Assembly: GCF_964188315.1 (NCBI RefSeq)
Contig: NC_135656.1
Coordinates: forward strand, 116,002,001-116,066,000
Length of the DNA stretch: 64,000 nucleotides
Reading direction: 5' to 3'
Origin: Podarcis muralis
Taxonomy: Eukaryota
Below the pieces are notes generated by a model, which ran no database searches, had not been told where the DNA came from, and worked only from the letters and a program-made list of their open reading frames with translations. The translations under genes were made by a program, and so were the position numbers. Numbering within the stretch: the stretch's first letter is position 1; every line of letters begins with the position of its first letter. Below, one piece after another: positions 1 through 11,150 of this stretch.

Positions 1-1
1 T

Positions 2-622
2 AAATGCCCAAACTGTGGGAAAAGCTTCAGGCAAATATCTTACTTTATTAAGCACCACCAAACCCACCTTGCAGATGAGGGGATGCATGTGGAAGAGAAA
101 CCATATAAATGCTCTGATTGTGGGAAAGGTTTTGGTGAGAAAGCGAGCCTCGGCAGACACCAGAGAATCCACACTGGAGAGAAGCCCTTTAAATGCTCGG
201 ACTGTGGGAAAAGCTTCTGCCTGAAATCGAATCTTGTTGTCCACTTGAGAATCCACACCGGTGAGAAGCCATATAAATGCTCTGAGTGTGGGAAGAGCTT
301 CAACCAGACGTCAAGTCTTCATAATCACGAGAGAACCCACAAAGGGGAGGAACCATATAAATGTTTAGAGTGTGGGAAAAGCTTCAACAGACCTTCGCAA
401 CTTAAGGCACATGAGAGAATCCACACTGGAGAGAAACCATACCGGTGTTCACTGTGTGGGAAAGGCTTTATTTACAACCACCACCTTGTGAGACACCAGA
501 GAAATCACACAGGAGAGAAACCGTATAAATGCCCAGGTTGTGGGAAAGAATTCAGCCTCAGATCGACCCTTATTAAACATCAAAGAATCCACATGGAAGG
601 GACACAATTAAAAAATACGTAA
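2..622 (+). CDS. Gene A: 3' part of a C2H2 zinc-finger exon (7 fingers in window), 5'-partial
   Basis: Frame open from base 2 (KCPNCGKSF...) through ORF 83..622; CxxC-x12-HxxxH repeats with TGEKP linkers; TAA at 620-622. Confidence 0.93.
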   Translation, partial: KCPNCGKSFRQISYFIKHHQTHLADEGMHVEEKPYKCSDCGKGFGEKASLGRHQRIHTGEKPFKCSDCGKSFCLKSNLVVHLRIHTGEKPYKCSECGKSFNQTSSLHNHERTHKGEEPYKCLECGKSFNRPSQLKAHERIHTGEKPYRCSLCGKGFIYNHHLVRHQRNHTGEKPYKCPGCGKEFSLRSTLIKHQRIHMEGTQLKNT

Positions 623-1762
623 GGTGGGCTTTGAGCCTACTAAACAGTTGAGAATCCATTAAGGTGTCAGAAATCCCATTCATAGCAGGCCTTGAAAGTG
701 GGCCTGAGGGGGATCAGGTTGGGGATGTTCAACCTGTATGGCAACATCGCACTTTGGTCAAAGGACTGAACCAGAAAGGCATTTACTTGGATGACACTTC
801 TTATGCTCTGAATAAATTGGTCAGATAGATAAAGGTGGGCTGGGGCAAGCCTTTAATTCTGTGGTGCATGAAGATATTTTAATTATTTTAAGGTTTTTCG
901 TTTGGCTCTTTGAACAATATTCATCCTTTTGGATGCACTTGGATCCTTTAAAAAAAGTGTTATTCATATTGTGTATTAAGTAAACTCGAAAATTATTCTA
1001 ATGTATTGATGGAAATTGCTGTGGCCTGGCCCTAGGCTAATGTGTAAAGTCAGTGAAATGAACTTTGAGCATAGGAAATTGCCTTTTACTGAGGCCTTTT
1101 CATTCTCCTTTATTTATTCATCTTCTTACATTTATAGACTGCTTTTTCCCCATAGCCTTTGGCAAGGTGGCAGTTTAGGATGTGGGGTGGGGGGTGGGGG
1201 GAGTCCAGTAAGTGGGGAATATGGTAAAGGTTTATAAACTTGTGCATGATGTGAAGAAAGTAGATGGAGAGAAATTCTTCTCCCTTTGTTGTGATACTAT
1301 TGTGTGCTATTCATTCGCCACTGAAATGAAAGTACAGCAACTTTCCCTCATGTATCCCTTGCTACTCTTTCCCTGCTTTCCTGATCCCCTTTCTTCTCTT
1401 CTGTCCTACATTCTCAACGTTTAGTTTGTAAGCTCCTCGGGGCACAGATCTTTACTCCTCCTCCATGCCCTGCCCTGCCCGTGACACATATGCATATACC
1501 CTGCTTACATTGCTCTGTAAAGTGCTTTGCATAGAAGGGGCAGAGCATCTCTTTTGCACACAGAAGGTCCCAGGTTCAGTCCCTGTGTCAGACGTGAGCC
1601 AGCAGTAAATCACACTGTGCAAGTTAGAGTTAACTCTTTATTAGCAAAAACACGATCTGCACAGGAGTGTCAGGCCCAGTGGGCATATTAATTCATCTCT
1701 GGTTGGTCTAGCCTCCGTGAAGTACTTGCTGAGATTGAAGGTCCCCATCTCCCCACAGCTGC

Positions 1763-2257
1763 TGTCAGGATGCTGTCAGCGGCTCCTGGCTGGTTGCCCA
1801 GGAAAGTATAAAGACAAGGAAAAGTTTCTTAACGTCCTTTTTTATTTCAATCCTTACAGAGAGAGGCTATAGAACCCAGCCTTTGTGAAAATGGCGTTGT
1901 CCCGAGCGAATCTGCCCCCCCACCTCCCTCTCTTCCACATTCTCATTCACCATTCTCATTGTCTCCTCTATGGGTGCCACTAAGTGCCCTCTGTCTTTCA
2001 GCTCTTTGCTCTCCTACTTTTAAGGCTCGCCGGGTTCTGGGAGATGGCGGGTCTGGAATGCTTTCTAATGACATGTTGGCTGGGTGTTGTTCCAGCTATC
2101 CCATGATTTCCCCGCTTTCCTCCTCATCTGCCTCTGAGCTGCTACCTCCCTCAAACCCCCCCATTGTAAATCTGTACTGTCTTCCTCTTCCTCCTCCCTG
2201 GAAGGGTCAGGATGGGGACGCAGTCTCCACCACTCCTCCACTGCCCAGTCCCTGACA
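1763..2257 (-). mobile_element. Solo LTR B nested in LTR A
   Basis: Perfect terminal inverted ends TGTCAGG...CCTGACA; TSD gctgc/actgc; minus-strand AATAAA near 1842. Confidence 0.7.
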
Positions 2258-2399
2258 ACTGCCTAAGTTCCCTCCTCTCCAGGGTTTTTATCCAAGCAAT
2301 TGGAGACGGAGTCTGCACGTTACCAACCTTTTCATGCCTCTTCTGGTTCTGGGAGACAAGGGGGTCAGGGCAGGAGACCCCCTTGGGGGGGGGTGAGGC

Positions 2400-3049
2400 T
2401 GTTAAGATATTCCGTTCCACCTTAAGAGGAACAGGCTGTTGTGTATCACATGTCTGTTTACACTCCAGCACAGCACAGCTTGCTGGGACTTCTGTTATGT
2501 GTATAGCTTTTGCTTATGCTGTTTGCTTGGACACGAAGGGGAGCAGACATGTTTCTCCTTTGTCCTGATGCTGAATAAAATGCCTGTAAATACGCTTTAC
2601 ACAGCCTCTAATCTGCTCTTCTGTTGCAAAGAGTTCTTATCTCTGCTGGCTTGCATGCTCAGCTTCTGAGGGTTTCTGAAGCTTGAGTCGCAGTTACATG
2701 CTGTTCCAAGGACCGGAGTTCTCCCGGCTGCCGGACGGTGGGCTGCAGCCAGCTGGGGGCCTGCCAATTGCCCCCGTTCCCTTGGACGCTGTTAAGTTGT
2801 GGGTGAACATATCAGACGACACAGCGATTCTTCCAAAGCAGCTCTTTATTTGTAAGCTGGTACAGAACTGAACTGAAGGGCTCAGTCAGCCTGCTTATAT
2901 AGAGCTCCAGTACCACGTTACTGTAACAGCTTTCTAAAACTATCCAATCACTGAACATCACTTTCGATCCTTCATTTGCATAACTATCTACAGTATCCCC
3001 CTGCTGGCCCAGGGTGAGAACTTCAGTACATAACAGATGCATCCTAACA
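2400..3049 (+). mobile_element. Solo LTR C nested in LTR A (contains LTR D)
   Basis: TGTTAAG...CCTAACA ends; AATAAA near 2574; aggc repeated at both junctions. Confidence 0.62.
2790..3035 (-). mobile_element. Short solo LTR D nested in LTR C
   Basis: TGTTA...TAACA ends; TSD gacgc/gatgc (CpG decay); minus-strand TATATAA near 2895 followed by AATAAA near 2845. Confidence 0.72.
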
Positions 3050-4429
3050 GGCATCCCTGACTCTTCCCCAGCCTGACTCCTCTCTGCCTCTTGGTCTCCC
3101 TCCTCTCTTGCTTCAGCTTCTGCCTCTGATTCTGGACTTCTCTCTGACACAAACTCCCCCAGCTCACAAAACCCTGTTATCCCTTTGGCTCCCAACACCT
3201 TTCCAGTCTTCTCTCTCTGACCACTCATTGTCGTCCCATTACCACTCCAGCTGAGCTTTCTTTCCTTGGGGGGTCCCCAGCTGGTTCCTCCCACCATTCC
3301 TCTGCATCCAACCGGTCCATGGCAGCCTGGCATCTCTAGGTAGGGCTGGGAATATCCCCTGCCTGAAACAGTCAGTGTTGACAATACTGGGCTAAATGGA
3401 TGCCTGGTCTGACTCAGTACAAGGCAGCTTCCTTTTTTCCCATTGGTAGTGATATATGAATTATAATAAATTCCTGTGAATATTTAATGGGTGTTTCATG
3501 AGTTCTTCTGATTCTTTGCTGCAACTTCTTCCTTTTGCTGCCATGGTATTATCCCTATTTCACCAGCAGTGCCATAACTATGCAGATTTGAGGTTGGAGC
3601 CTTGCTGCAGAAACTTATTTGTGCTCCAGCCCTGAAACAATGAACAGGTTAAATGTTTTAGCCCACCCCCAACTGCTGTTTGCTCTCATCCTAAATGCAG
3701 CCGCTCTCTGCACCTCCCACAGGATGCAAAGGATGTTAAATTGTTTGGCCAAAATGGCCCAGTCTATTTTACAAACAGTCAATTTCCCCAAATGCTCCAG
3801 CCAATTTCAGAAAGCACATAAATGTTTGTCCAACTGCAGCTAGTAGCTGTAGCGCAAGAGTGAGGTCAGAGCAGGAAATGTGACTCTATGAACCATAGAC
3901 CACAGTGTAGCAGAAAGTAAACCCTGGTTAGATTAATGCCTAATGAAGCCTGCCATATCTTCCAAATACTAACACAATAAAAAGTTGATTGCATGCTCAT
4001 ATATTCACATGGGCACATGGAGTCCCTTGTTGACTGCAACATCCGAGGGCAACCATGTGAATGAGACACTGCAAATCAAATATTAGGTATTCTACCAGTG
4101 TATATAGATTCTCCCTGCAGAAAGTTCTCTCATGCACCTGAGCCCAGCATTGAGCAACATCCTTCTCCCTTTGCATCAGCTGATAAAGAGGGGAAAGCCA
4201 TCCTACATAGTGCTGGGTTTCTGCTTTGCACAACACTTCAAAGGCTCCACCAGCTGGTCCTCAGGTGCTTTGGGAGCTTCACCAGGCAGGTTTGGCTCAA
4301 GCCCCACCCTTACCTGTATGACATCAGCTGTAGGGTAAGTGGAAAGGGGCTTGCCCGAGACAGCCTCATAGGTCCTTCCAATATTGACCAACAACTAGCT
4401 GCAAGAAGATAACAAATTAGAGGTTTGAA

Positions 4430-4790
4430 ATGACAACCCGTTGTTTCAAAAAAGGTTTTGCAGGGCTAATTCTGGATGTTTCAGTAATTGCTGTCCTGTC
4501 ATTTTAGTAATTCCTGTAAAGACCATAGTCCAGAACTGGGACACCTTTCCACAATCCACCACATAAATTGGAATGAACCTGATTCCTTACATCTCCAACA
4601 CAGTCTCAAATATCTTCATCTGAAACAGTCTTATAGGGGTCTTATATAATATCATTGCTATTTTTAATGCTTGTTCCCTCATAGTAGATGATACTGATTT
4701 AAATTGGAACTTTAACCATGTCGAATTCCAGCAATTTTTCTTCAATCAAAATATTCTCACGTGACTTCCACATTCATTTCAGGCCCTCTG
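4430..4790 (-). mobile_element. Degenerate L1 ORF2 C-terminal fragment
   Basis: Reverse translation gives ...DCGKVSQFWTMV..., resembling the C..V..FW motif after the L1 C-terminal Cys/His region. Confidence 0.4.
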
Positions 4791-5649
4791 CAGAGCCCGT
4801 GTCAACACTAAGAAGTAAAATATAAAAACGAGCCCCCCTACTTGCCCTCAGAGATAAGAAACAACAGCTCAAGTGGTGTGAGATCTTGCAGGGCTTGCTG
4901 CTTAATCTGCTCCTGTCTAATAAAGAAACGTGCTTGATACCAACTCAACCAGGTTATGTCTGAGTCCTGTAGTCCCTTTCAAATGTCTTGGTAACGGTTG
5001 AGAGTCTGGATAAAAATCCTTCAAATGAAAGAAACCACCCAGCCTTCGGTCTTCACAGTTGTGAGGGCACCTCAGTAGTGATTTGTTTTATTATTAAAAA
5101 TATTTATAGCTCACCCTTTGTATGAACTGATTCCAGGGCGAAGGGGCACACCATAGACACAGAAGAAGTTAGAATGGACACTACGGCTAGTTGTACGTAT
5201 TTAGAAATGCATTTATTTATTAAATATAAGCTGCAATTCTCTTAATTGCTAATAATAAAAATACAGCAGTTATCAGGAAACGCAGCTTGAAACAAGTCTT
5301 TATTGTCCATCTGGCTTGTAAATAAACACGGAATGGTGGGAAATCTGAAGGAGGAGTTTCTTCTAGTTCTAGAGGGTTTTTGTGGGGTTTTTTTTTTAAA
5401 AGGCTGGCCATCTGCCATGGATGCTTTAGTTGAGACTCCTGCATTGCAGGGGGTTGGACTAGATGACCCTCGGGGTTCCCTCCCGACTCTACAATTCTAT
5501 GACTATGTTTTTATTTACTTTTTAAATTAATAATGCACGCATCTGTGACCCAGCTTAGAAGCCATACAAAAATTAAAGGGCAGCTACAGTCACAGAATAG
5601 TAAACAGACGAGCAAACGAGAAACCCCAGCTTTAAAATTCAGCTCAGCT

Positions 5650-5827
5650 CAGGCAGCCAAAGAGCCGCACGCAGAACTGAACTGAACCCGCCTCCTACGA
5701 GTTAAATCGACTGAGCGCAGGTTCCTAGAGCGGCATGGTCTCTTTCTCGTCCTCTTCTGTTTAAAGGGGAAGCTCCTTTTGTCTGCGCCCGTCCCTTCTC
5801 CACCCCGTGGCTGCCGGAGAGGTAAGT
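5650..5827 (+). promoter_or_regulatory. Putative promoter and non-coding first exon of gene B (donor G|GTAAGT at 5821/5822)
   Basis: CpG-enriched; GTTAAA (5701) plus GTTCCTAGAG (5721) motif shared with the other genes; strong donor. Confidence 0.6.
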
Positions 5828-6200
5828 CGGAGGAGCCCAAAGGTGCCTGCGGATCTCCCGTAGCAGAGCAGCGTCCCCTTTATGTACACGGCTGGATAAT
5901 GCCGCTTGCAGACGCGACTGGGCACGTGTGCAGGGGTTGGGGGTGTCAGGCAGAGCAAGCCCCTGCGCATTTTACCGAAGAGTAATCCCACTTCAACCCA
6001 GCGGGCTTCATTTCAAAGCAGGTATGCCTGTGGTTTTCGGTGGGAGGGAACAACCCCCTGTGCATTTTACTGAGAAGTAAGCCCACTTAATTAAGTAGGG
6101 TGCATTTCCATGTGAAGGTGTATAATCTTGCAGTCTCGCGTATTTATTCAGGATCAGTCCCACAACTCGGTGGGGGCTTGACTTCCAAGTAAACACAGAT

Positions 6201-6348
6201 AGAACCATAGAATTCGTAGAGTTGGAAGGGACCCTTGAGGATCATCTAGCCCAGCCCCCTGCAATGCAGGAATATACAGCTGTCCCTTGTGGGGATCGAG
6301 TCTGCAACCTCCGTGTCATCAGCACCACGCTGTAAGCAACTGAGCTCT
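6201..6348 (-). mobile_element. SINE: tRNA-Ile-like head plus CR1 3' tail
   Basis: Reverse reads agctcagttgcttacagcgtggtgctgat...gatccccac, then cctgcattgcagggg...cccttccaactctacgaattcta. Confidence 0.7.
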
Positions 6349-6664
6349 CTAGTGAATGAGATCGGTACAGTTTATTGGCACCCTTTCAGGGTGGCCAAAT
6401 GCTAAGGAGAACAGGGTTCTGGCATCTTTAATAGTTGTACAGAGGAAGGAATTTCAGCAGGTGAAGTGTCTTCGGCTATTTGGGGGGGTGGGGTGAGGTA
6501 GGAAGTCAGAAAAAGAGGCTCCCCCCCTGTTGAACAATTGTGGGTTTGAACTATTTAAGGTCATTTGTTTTGTTTTGTTTTTTTGTTTTTTGTTTTTTTG
6601 CACAGCATTTAAAAACAGCATCAAAACATTGCAATCCAGAATATTTATACATGGGTGATAGGTA

Positions 6665-6945
6665 GAAGAAGAAGAAGAAGAAGAGTTTGGATTTGATATC
6701 CCGCCTTTCACTCCCTTTAAGGAGTCTCAAAGCGGCTAACATTCTCCTTTCCCTTCCTCCCCCACAACAAACACTCTGTGAGGTGAGTGGGGCTGAGAGA
6801 CTTCAAAGAAGTGTGACTGGCCCAAGGTCACCCAGCAGCTGCATGTGGAGGAGCGGAGATGCGAACCCGGTTCCCCAGATTAGGAGTCTAGCGCTCCCCA
6901 GATTAGGAGTCTACCGCTCTTAACCACTACACCACACTGGCTCTC
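6665..6945 (-). mobile_element. Squam3-like tRNA-derived SINE with (CTT)n tail
   Basis: Near-identical to 44930-45186; tRNA-like A/B boxes on minus strand; aggta at both flanks. Confidence 0.8.
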
Positions 6946-7709
6946 AGGTAACGTTAGTTAGAGCTGAAAACAATTGATTTATTTAGGGCATTGATTTTAA
7001 TGGCTTGACATTATATATTGCTGATAATGAGGAGGATTAAATGTGAACAATTTCTCTTCCCAGCATGTTTTGACATAAGCCTGGCTATGACTGCCATTAT
7101 GTACAGACTAACTTGGGAGTATGTGCCACAATCCTATGCATGTCTCTTCAGATGTGAATCCCATTGAACAAGAGGAGATTAGAGAGAGCTAAATAAGTGG
7201 TTTACAGAATTTTTTTATTTCACACACAAACCAGACAAATGTGCAGTAATCTCCCCATATCTGGCAGCTTTTAAAACTTGGAACTTATAAAATCCAGCTT
7301 CAGGGCTCCCATAGCTAGCTCCCTTGGCACAGCTGAGAGAGAAGAGCAAAATAGCAGTCTAATTACTAACCTTATAATCAGGATTGTGCATCGTAGTAAC
7401 CAAAGAGCTATAATGATAGGATTTCCTTTCTTTTTTATTATGATTGTGAATCTTGTGCTTACTTTATATATTTTGTACAATATAATATGCTATTTGTATT
7501 GTATTGTATTGTATTAATTAGTTGCTTTGGTGAGGAGTGAAAGAAGAGAGTGGCTTTGGTGAGGATGGTTGGTGGACAAGTTAAGTGAGCAGGGAACAGA
7601 GTCTCATATTTGATTCATTACATGCTTTATTTTGTAGCTCAGTTAACATTATCATCAATCATCATGTTTCAGGCATGATTCACACTGTCTCCTCTCTTCC
7701 TTCCATCAG

Positions 7710-10183
7710 ATAATGGAGATGTGAAGAATAATCTCAAGGTAGAAATGTCTGAACAACAGAAACAGATTGAGATATTGGTGAAACCACTGGAAGAGAACGT
7801 GTCTCAGTGCCATGTCAAGGCAGAAGCCGCTGAACAGCAACATGGATTGTCAAGCCAACATGGGAAGCCCATGGGGTTGGGAGTGGGTGAGTCCACCCAG
7901 GGTGAGGAAAGCTTCAAGGACCAAAGCGAAATCTCGGCCCAGGGAGAGATGGAAAAAGACAAGGGACTAGTAATTTTAGAAGAAGAGAAGAATGCAAATC
8001 TCGTTACTTGTGGGAGGAACCTTACGGCAGTGAAATTGTATGGATGCTCAGACGGTGGAAACTCCTCTTGTATGACCTCTGAAAATCAATGGGATCATAC
8101 TGCAAGCGAGGAAATATACACATCTTTGGACTTTGGGGACTCCTTTGGTATGGATGCTGCCTTTATCAAGCATTGTGGAACCCACACAGGAGACAAAACG
8201 TTTCAGTGCTTGGACTGTGGGAAGAGCTGTGAAACAAAAAGCCAGTTGCTTGCGCATATGAAGATGCACACAGAGGGAAACCCACTTAGATGCACCATCT
8301 GTGGGAAGAGCTTCTCTCAGAACAGAGACCTCTCTACTAATGAGAGAATCCACACAGAAGACAAAATGTTTATGTGCTCAGAATGCAATAAATCCTGCCC
8401 CAACAACACTGAGCTTGGACGTCCCCAACCCCAGACAGGGGAGGAACCATATAAATGTTTAGACTGTGGGAGATCCTTCACTCTGAACTCTGACTTTCGT
8501 AAACATCACAGAACCCACACGGGAGGAAAACCACATAAATGCCCAGACTGTGGCAAGACTTTTGATAAGAAGTTTAAGCTAGTGACGCATGTGAGAATCC
8601 ATACTGGGGAGAAACCTTTTAAGTGTTTGGACTGTGGGAAAAGCTTTGCTCAGAAGGGGAACCTTGTGGTTCACGAGAGAAGCCATACTGGGGAGAAACC
8701 ATACAAGTGCTTGGATTGCGAGAAGTCCTTCAGTGTGAATGCAGACCTTATTAGACATCACAGAATACACACAGGGGAAAAGCCATTCAAATGCCCAGAG
8801 TGTGGGAAATTCTTCAGGACACACTCTGAAATGTTCAGACATCAGAGAACTCACCCAGGAAACAAACCATACGACTGCTGGGACTGTGGCAAAACCTTTA
8901 GTCAGGAAGCCCACCTCGTGGCACACCTGAGAATCCACACTGGGGAGAAGCCCTACAAATGCCCAGACTGTCGGCAAAGCTTTGCCCAGAAAGGGAACCT
9001 TATTCTTCATCAGAGGACCCACATGGAAGAGAAGCCGTATAAATGCTTGGACTGTGAGAAATCCTTCCGTGCAAAATCTAAGCTCATAGAGCACCAGAGG
9101 CTTCACACCGGGGAGACGCCCTATGATTGCTCAGACTGCGGTAAAAGCTTCAGCCGGAAAGGGAGCCTCCTTGCCCACATGCACTTCCATTCCGGGAAGA
9201 AGCCGTATGAATGCTCCATTTGTGGGAAATCCTTCATTATGAACTCTGATCTCCTTAGACATCAGAGAACTCACACAGGAGAGAAACCGTACAAGTGCTC
9301 AGATTGCGAGAAAAGCTTTAGTCGGAAAGACGGCCTGCTCAAACACCTGGTAATCCATTCTGGGACAGAATTGCACATTCAGGAAAAGCCATACGAATGC
9401 TTGCACTGCGGCAGGAGTTACAATTACAAACAGAACCTCATTGTGCATAGGAGAACTCACACTGGAGAAAAGAGATTTAAATGCACAGACTGCGGTAAAA
9501 CCTTCAACACAAACTCTGAACTTACCAAACATCGGAGAATGCACACGGGGGAGAAGCCGTACAAGTGCTCCGATTGTGGGAAAAGCTTCGCCCAGAGGGG
9601 AGGCCTGGTTGCCCACAAGAGGACTCACACGGGAGAGAAGCCGTACAAATGCACCGTTTGTGGGAAATGTTTTAGTCTGAGCTCTTGCCTGATTAGACAC
9701 CAGCAAATCCACACAGGGGAGAAACCCTATCAGTGCCCAGACTGCGGACAGTGCTTTACTCACAAAAGGAACCTTGTCAAACACGCTGCCAGCCACCAAG
9801 AAGAAAAACCATATAACTGCTCAGACTGTGGGAAAAGTTTTGGGATAAGTTATCACCTCGTTCAGCACCAGCAAATCCACTCAGGAGAGAAACCATATAA
9901 ATGCTTGGAATGTGGGCAGAGTTTCACTCGCAAGAGAAACCTTGTGGTACATGTGAGAAGCCACACGTCAGAGAAGCTCCACAAATGCCCAGACTGTGGG
10001 AAAAGTTTCCCTCACAAAAATAATCTTGTCGAGCATATGGGAATGCATGCAGGGGAGAAACTGCAGGAGTGCCCGGAATGTGGGGAAAGTTTCACTGATC
10101 TCCTTGTTCTTATTAAGCACAGAAGAATCCACACAGAGACAGCCTTGGAGGAATCTTCCTATTGGGAGAAGATACTTGGTTGA
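7710..10183 (+). CDS. Gene B zinc-finger exon: acidic spacer plus 23 C2H2 positions (21 intact)
   Basis: ORF 7721..10183; acceptor ctcttccttccatcag|AT at 7709/7710 (phase 1); first in-frame ATG at 7745. Confidence 0.93.
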
Positions 10184-10261
10184 AACGTGCATGAACTTTT
10201 ACTGCGTATTAGAGAAATTATACTGTAGGAGATGCTTAGACTCAAGAAGGCCGTTAGGAAG

Positions 10262-11150
10262 TGTGAAATCGGAACCAGTGAGGGTGGTGAATGTCCTGCA
10301 TGAGTGTCTGGAGGAGGATGGAGGAGGGATGGTGGTTGGTGGGTTGAGGTTGAATCCCAACAAGCTAGAAGTGCTGTTTCTAGGGGCCAGGGAGCAGGCG
10401 GATGTGACAGACTCCCTGGTCCTGAATGGGGTAACTCTGCCCCTAAAGGACCAGGTGCGCAGCCTGGGGGTCATTTGGTCTCACAACTGCTCATGGAGGC
10501 GCAGGTCAATTCTGTGTTCAGGGCAGCTGTCTACCAGCTCGATCTGGTACCCCGACTGAGACCCTACCTGCCCGCCAACTGTCTTGCCAAAGTGGTATGT
10601 GCTTCGATTATCTTCTGCTTGGACTACTGTAATGTGCTGTACGTGGGGCTACCTTTGAAAGTGACTCAGAAACTACAAGTAATCCAGAATGTGGCATCTA
10701 GACTGGTGACTGGGAGCAGCCGCCGGGACCATATAGCACTGGTTCTAAAGGATCTACGTAAGCTCCCAGTAAGTTTCTGAGCACAATTTAAAGTGTTGGT
10801 GTTGACCTTCAAAGTCCTAAGCAGCTTCTGCCCTGTATACCTGAAGGAACATTCCATCCCCATCATCCAGCCTGTAAACTGAGGTCCAGCATGGAGGGTC
10901 TTCTGGTGGTTCCATCTCTGTGAGAAGTAAAGTTACAGGGAACCAGGCAAACGCCCTCCCATCAGATGTCAAGGAAATACACAGCTATATGACATTCAGA
11001 AGGCACCTGAAGGCAGCCTTATATAGGGGATGCCTTTACTGTTTGATGTTTTACTGTGTTTTTATATTCTGTTGGAAACTACCCAGAGTGGATGGGGCAA
11101 CCCAGTCAGATGGGCGATGTACAAATAATAAAATAATAATTATTATTATT
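10262..11150 (+). mobile_element. 5'-truncated L2 LINE (ORF2 3' end, frameshifted) with AAT/ATT tail
   Basis: DQVRSLGVI...EAQVNSV...LDYCNVLYVGLPLKV..KLQ matches the L2 RT C-terminal region; homologous to 20167-20840. Confidence 0.85.

Larger units (their letters stand above)
1586..3324 (-). mobile_element. Solo LTR family A (outer element, interrupted by LTRs B, C and D)
   Basis: Starts TGTCAG; segments 1586-1762, 2258-2399 and 3050-3250 align in order with the uninterrupted copy at 36720; minus-strand AATAAA near 1637; candidate TSD ccctg/gcctg. Confidence 0.7.
1530..3435 (+). mobile_element. Old tRNA-derived SINE split into 1530-1585 and 3325-3435 by an LTR stack
   Basis: gggcagagcat...ggtcccaggttcagtccctg stops at 1585 and resumes as cctggcatctctaggtagggctggga after 3325; related copies near 22660 and 57380. 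Confidence 0.6.

Noticed and set aside
700-900. Possible DIRS-like or LTR fragment 3' of gene A
   Set aside because: No termini, TSD or second copy visible; cannot be supported without a library search
2812-3384. 190-aa and 216-aa (36706-37356) Glu/Ala-rich ORFs
   Set aside because: They lie in purine-rich LTR family A sequence; the frames differ between copies and the first crosses the LTR D junction
10304-10780. RT-like ORFs (also 19947-20423, 30920-31297, 48864-49160 and 51479-51985) as host genes
   Set aside because: Truncated, frameshifted L2, CR1, L1 and BovB fragments
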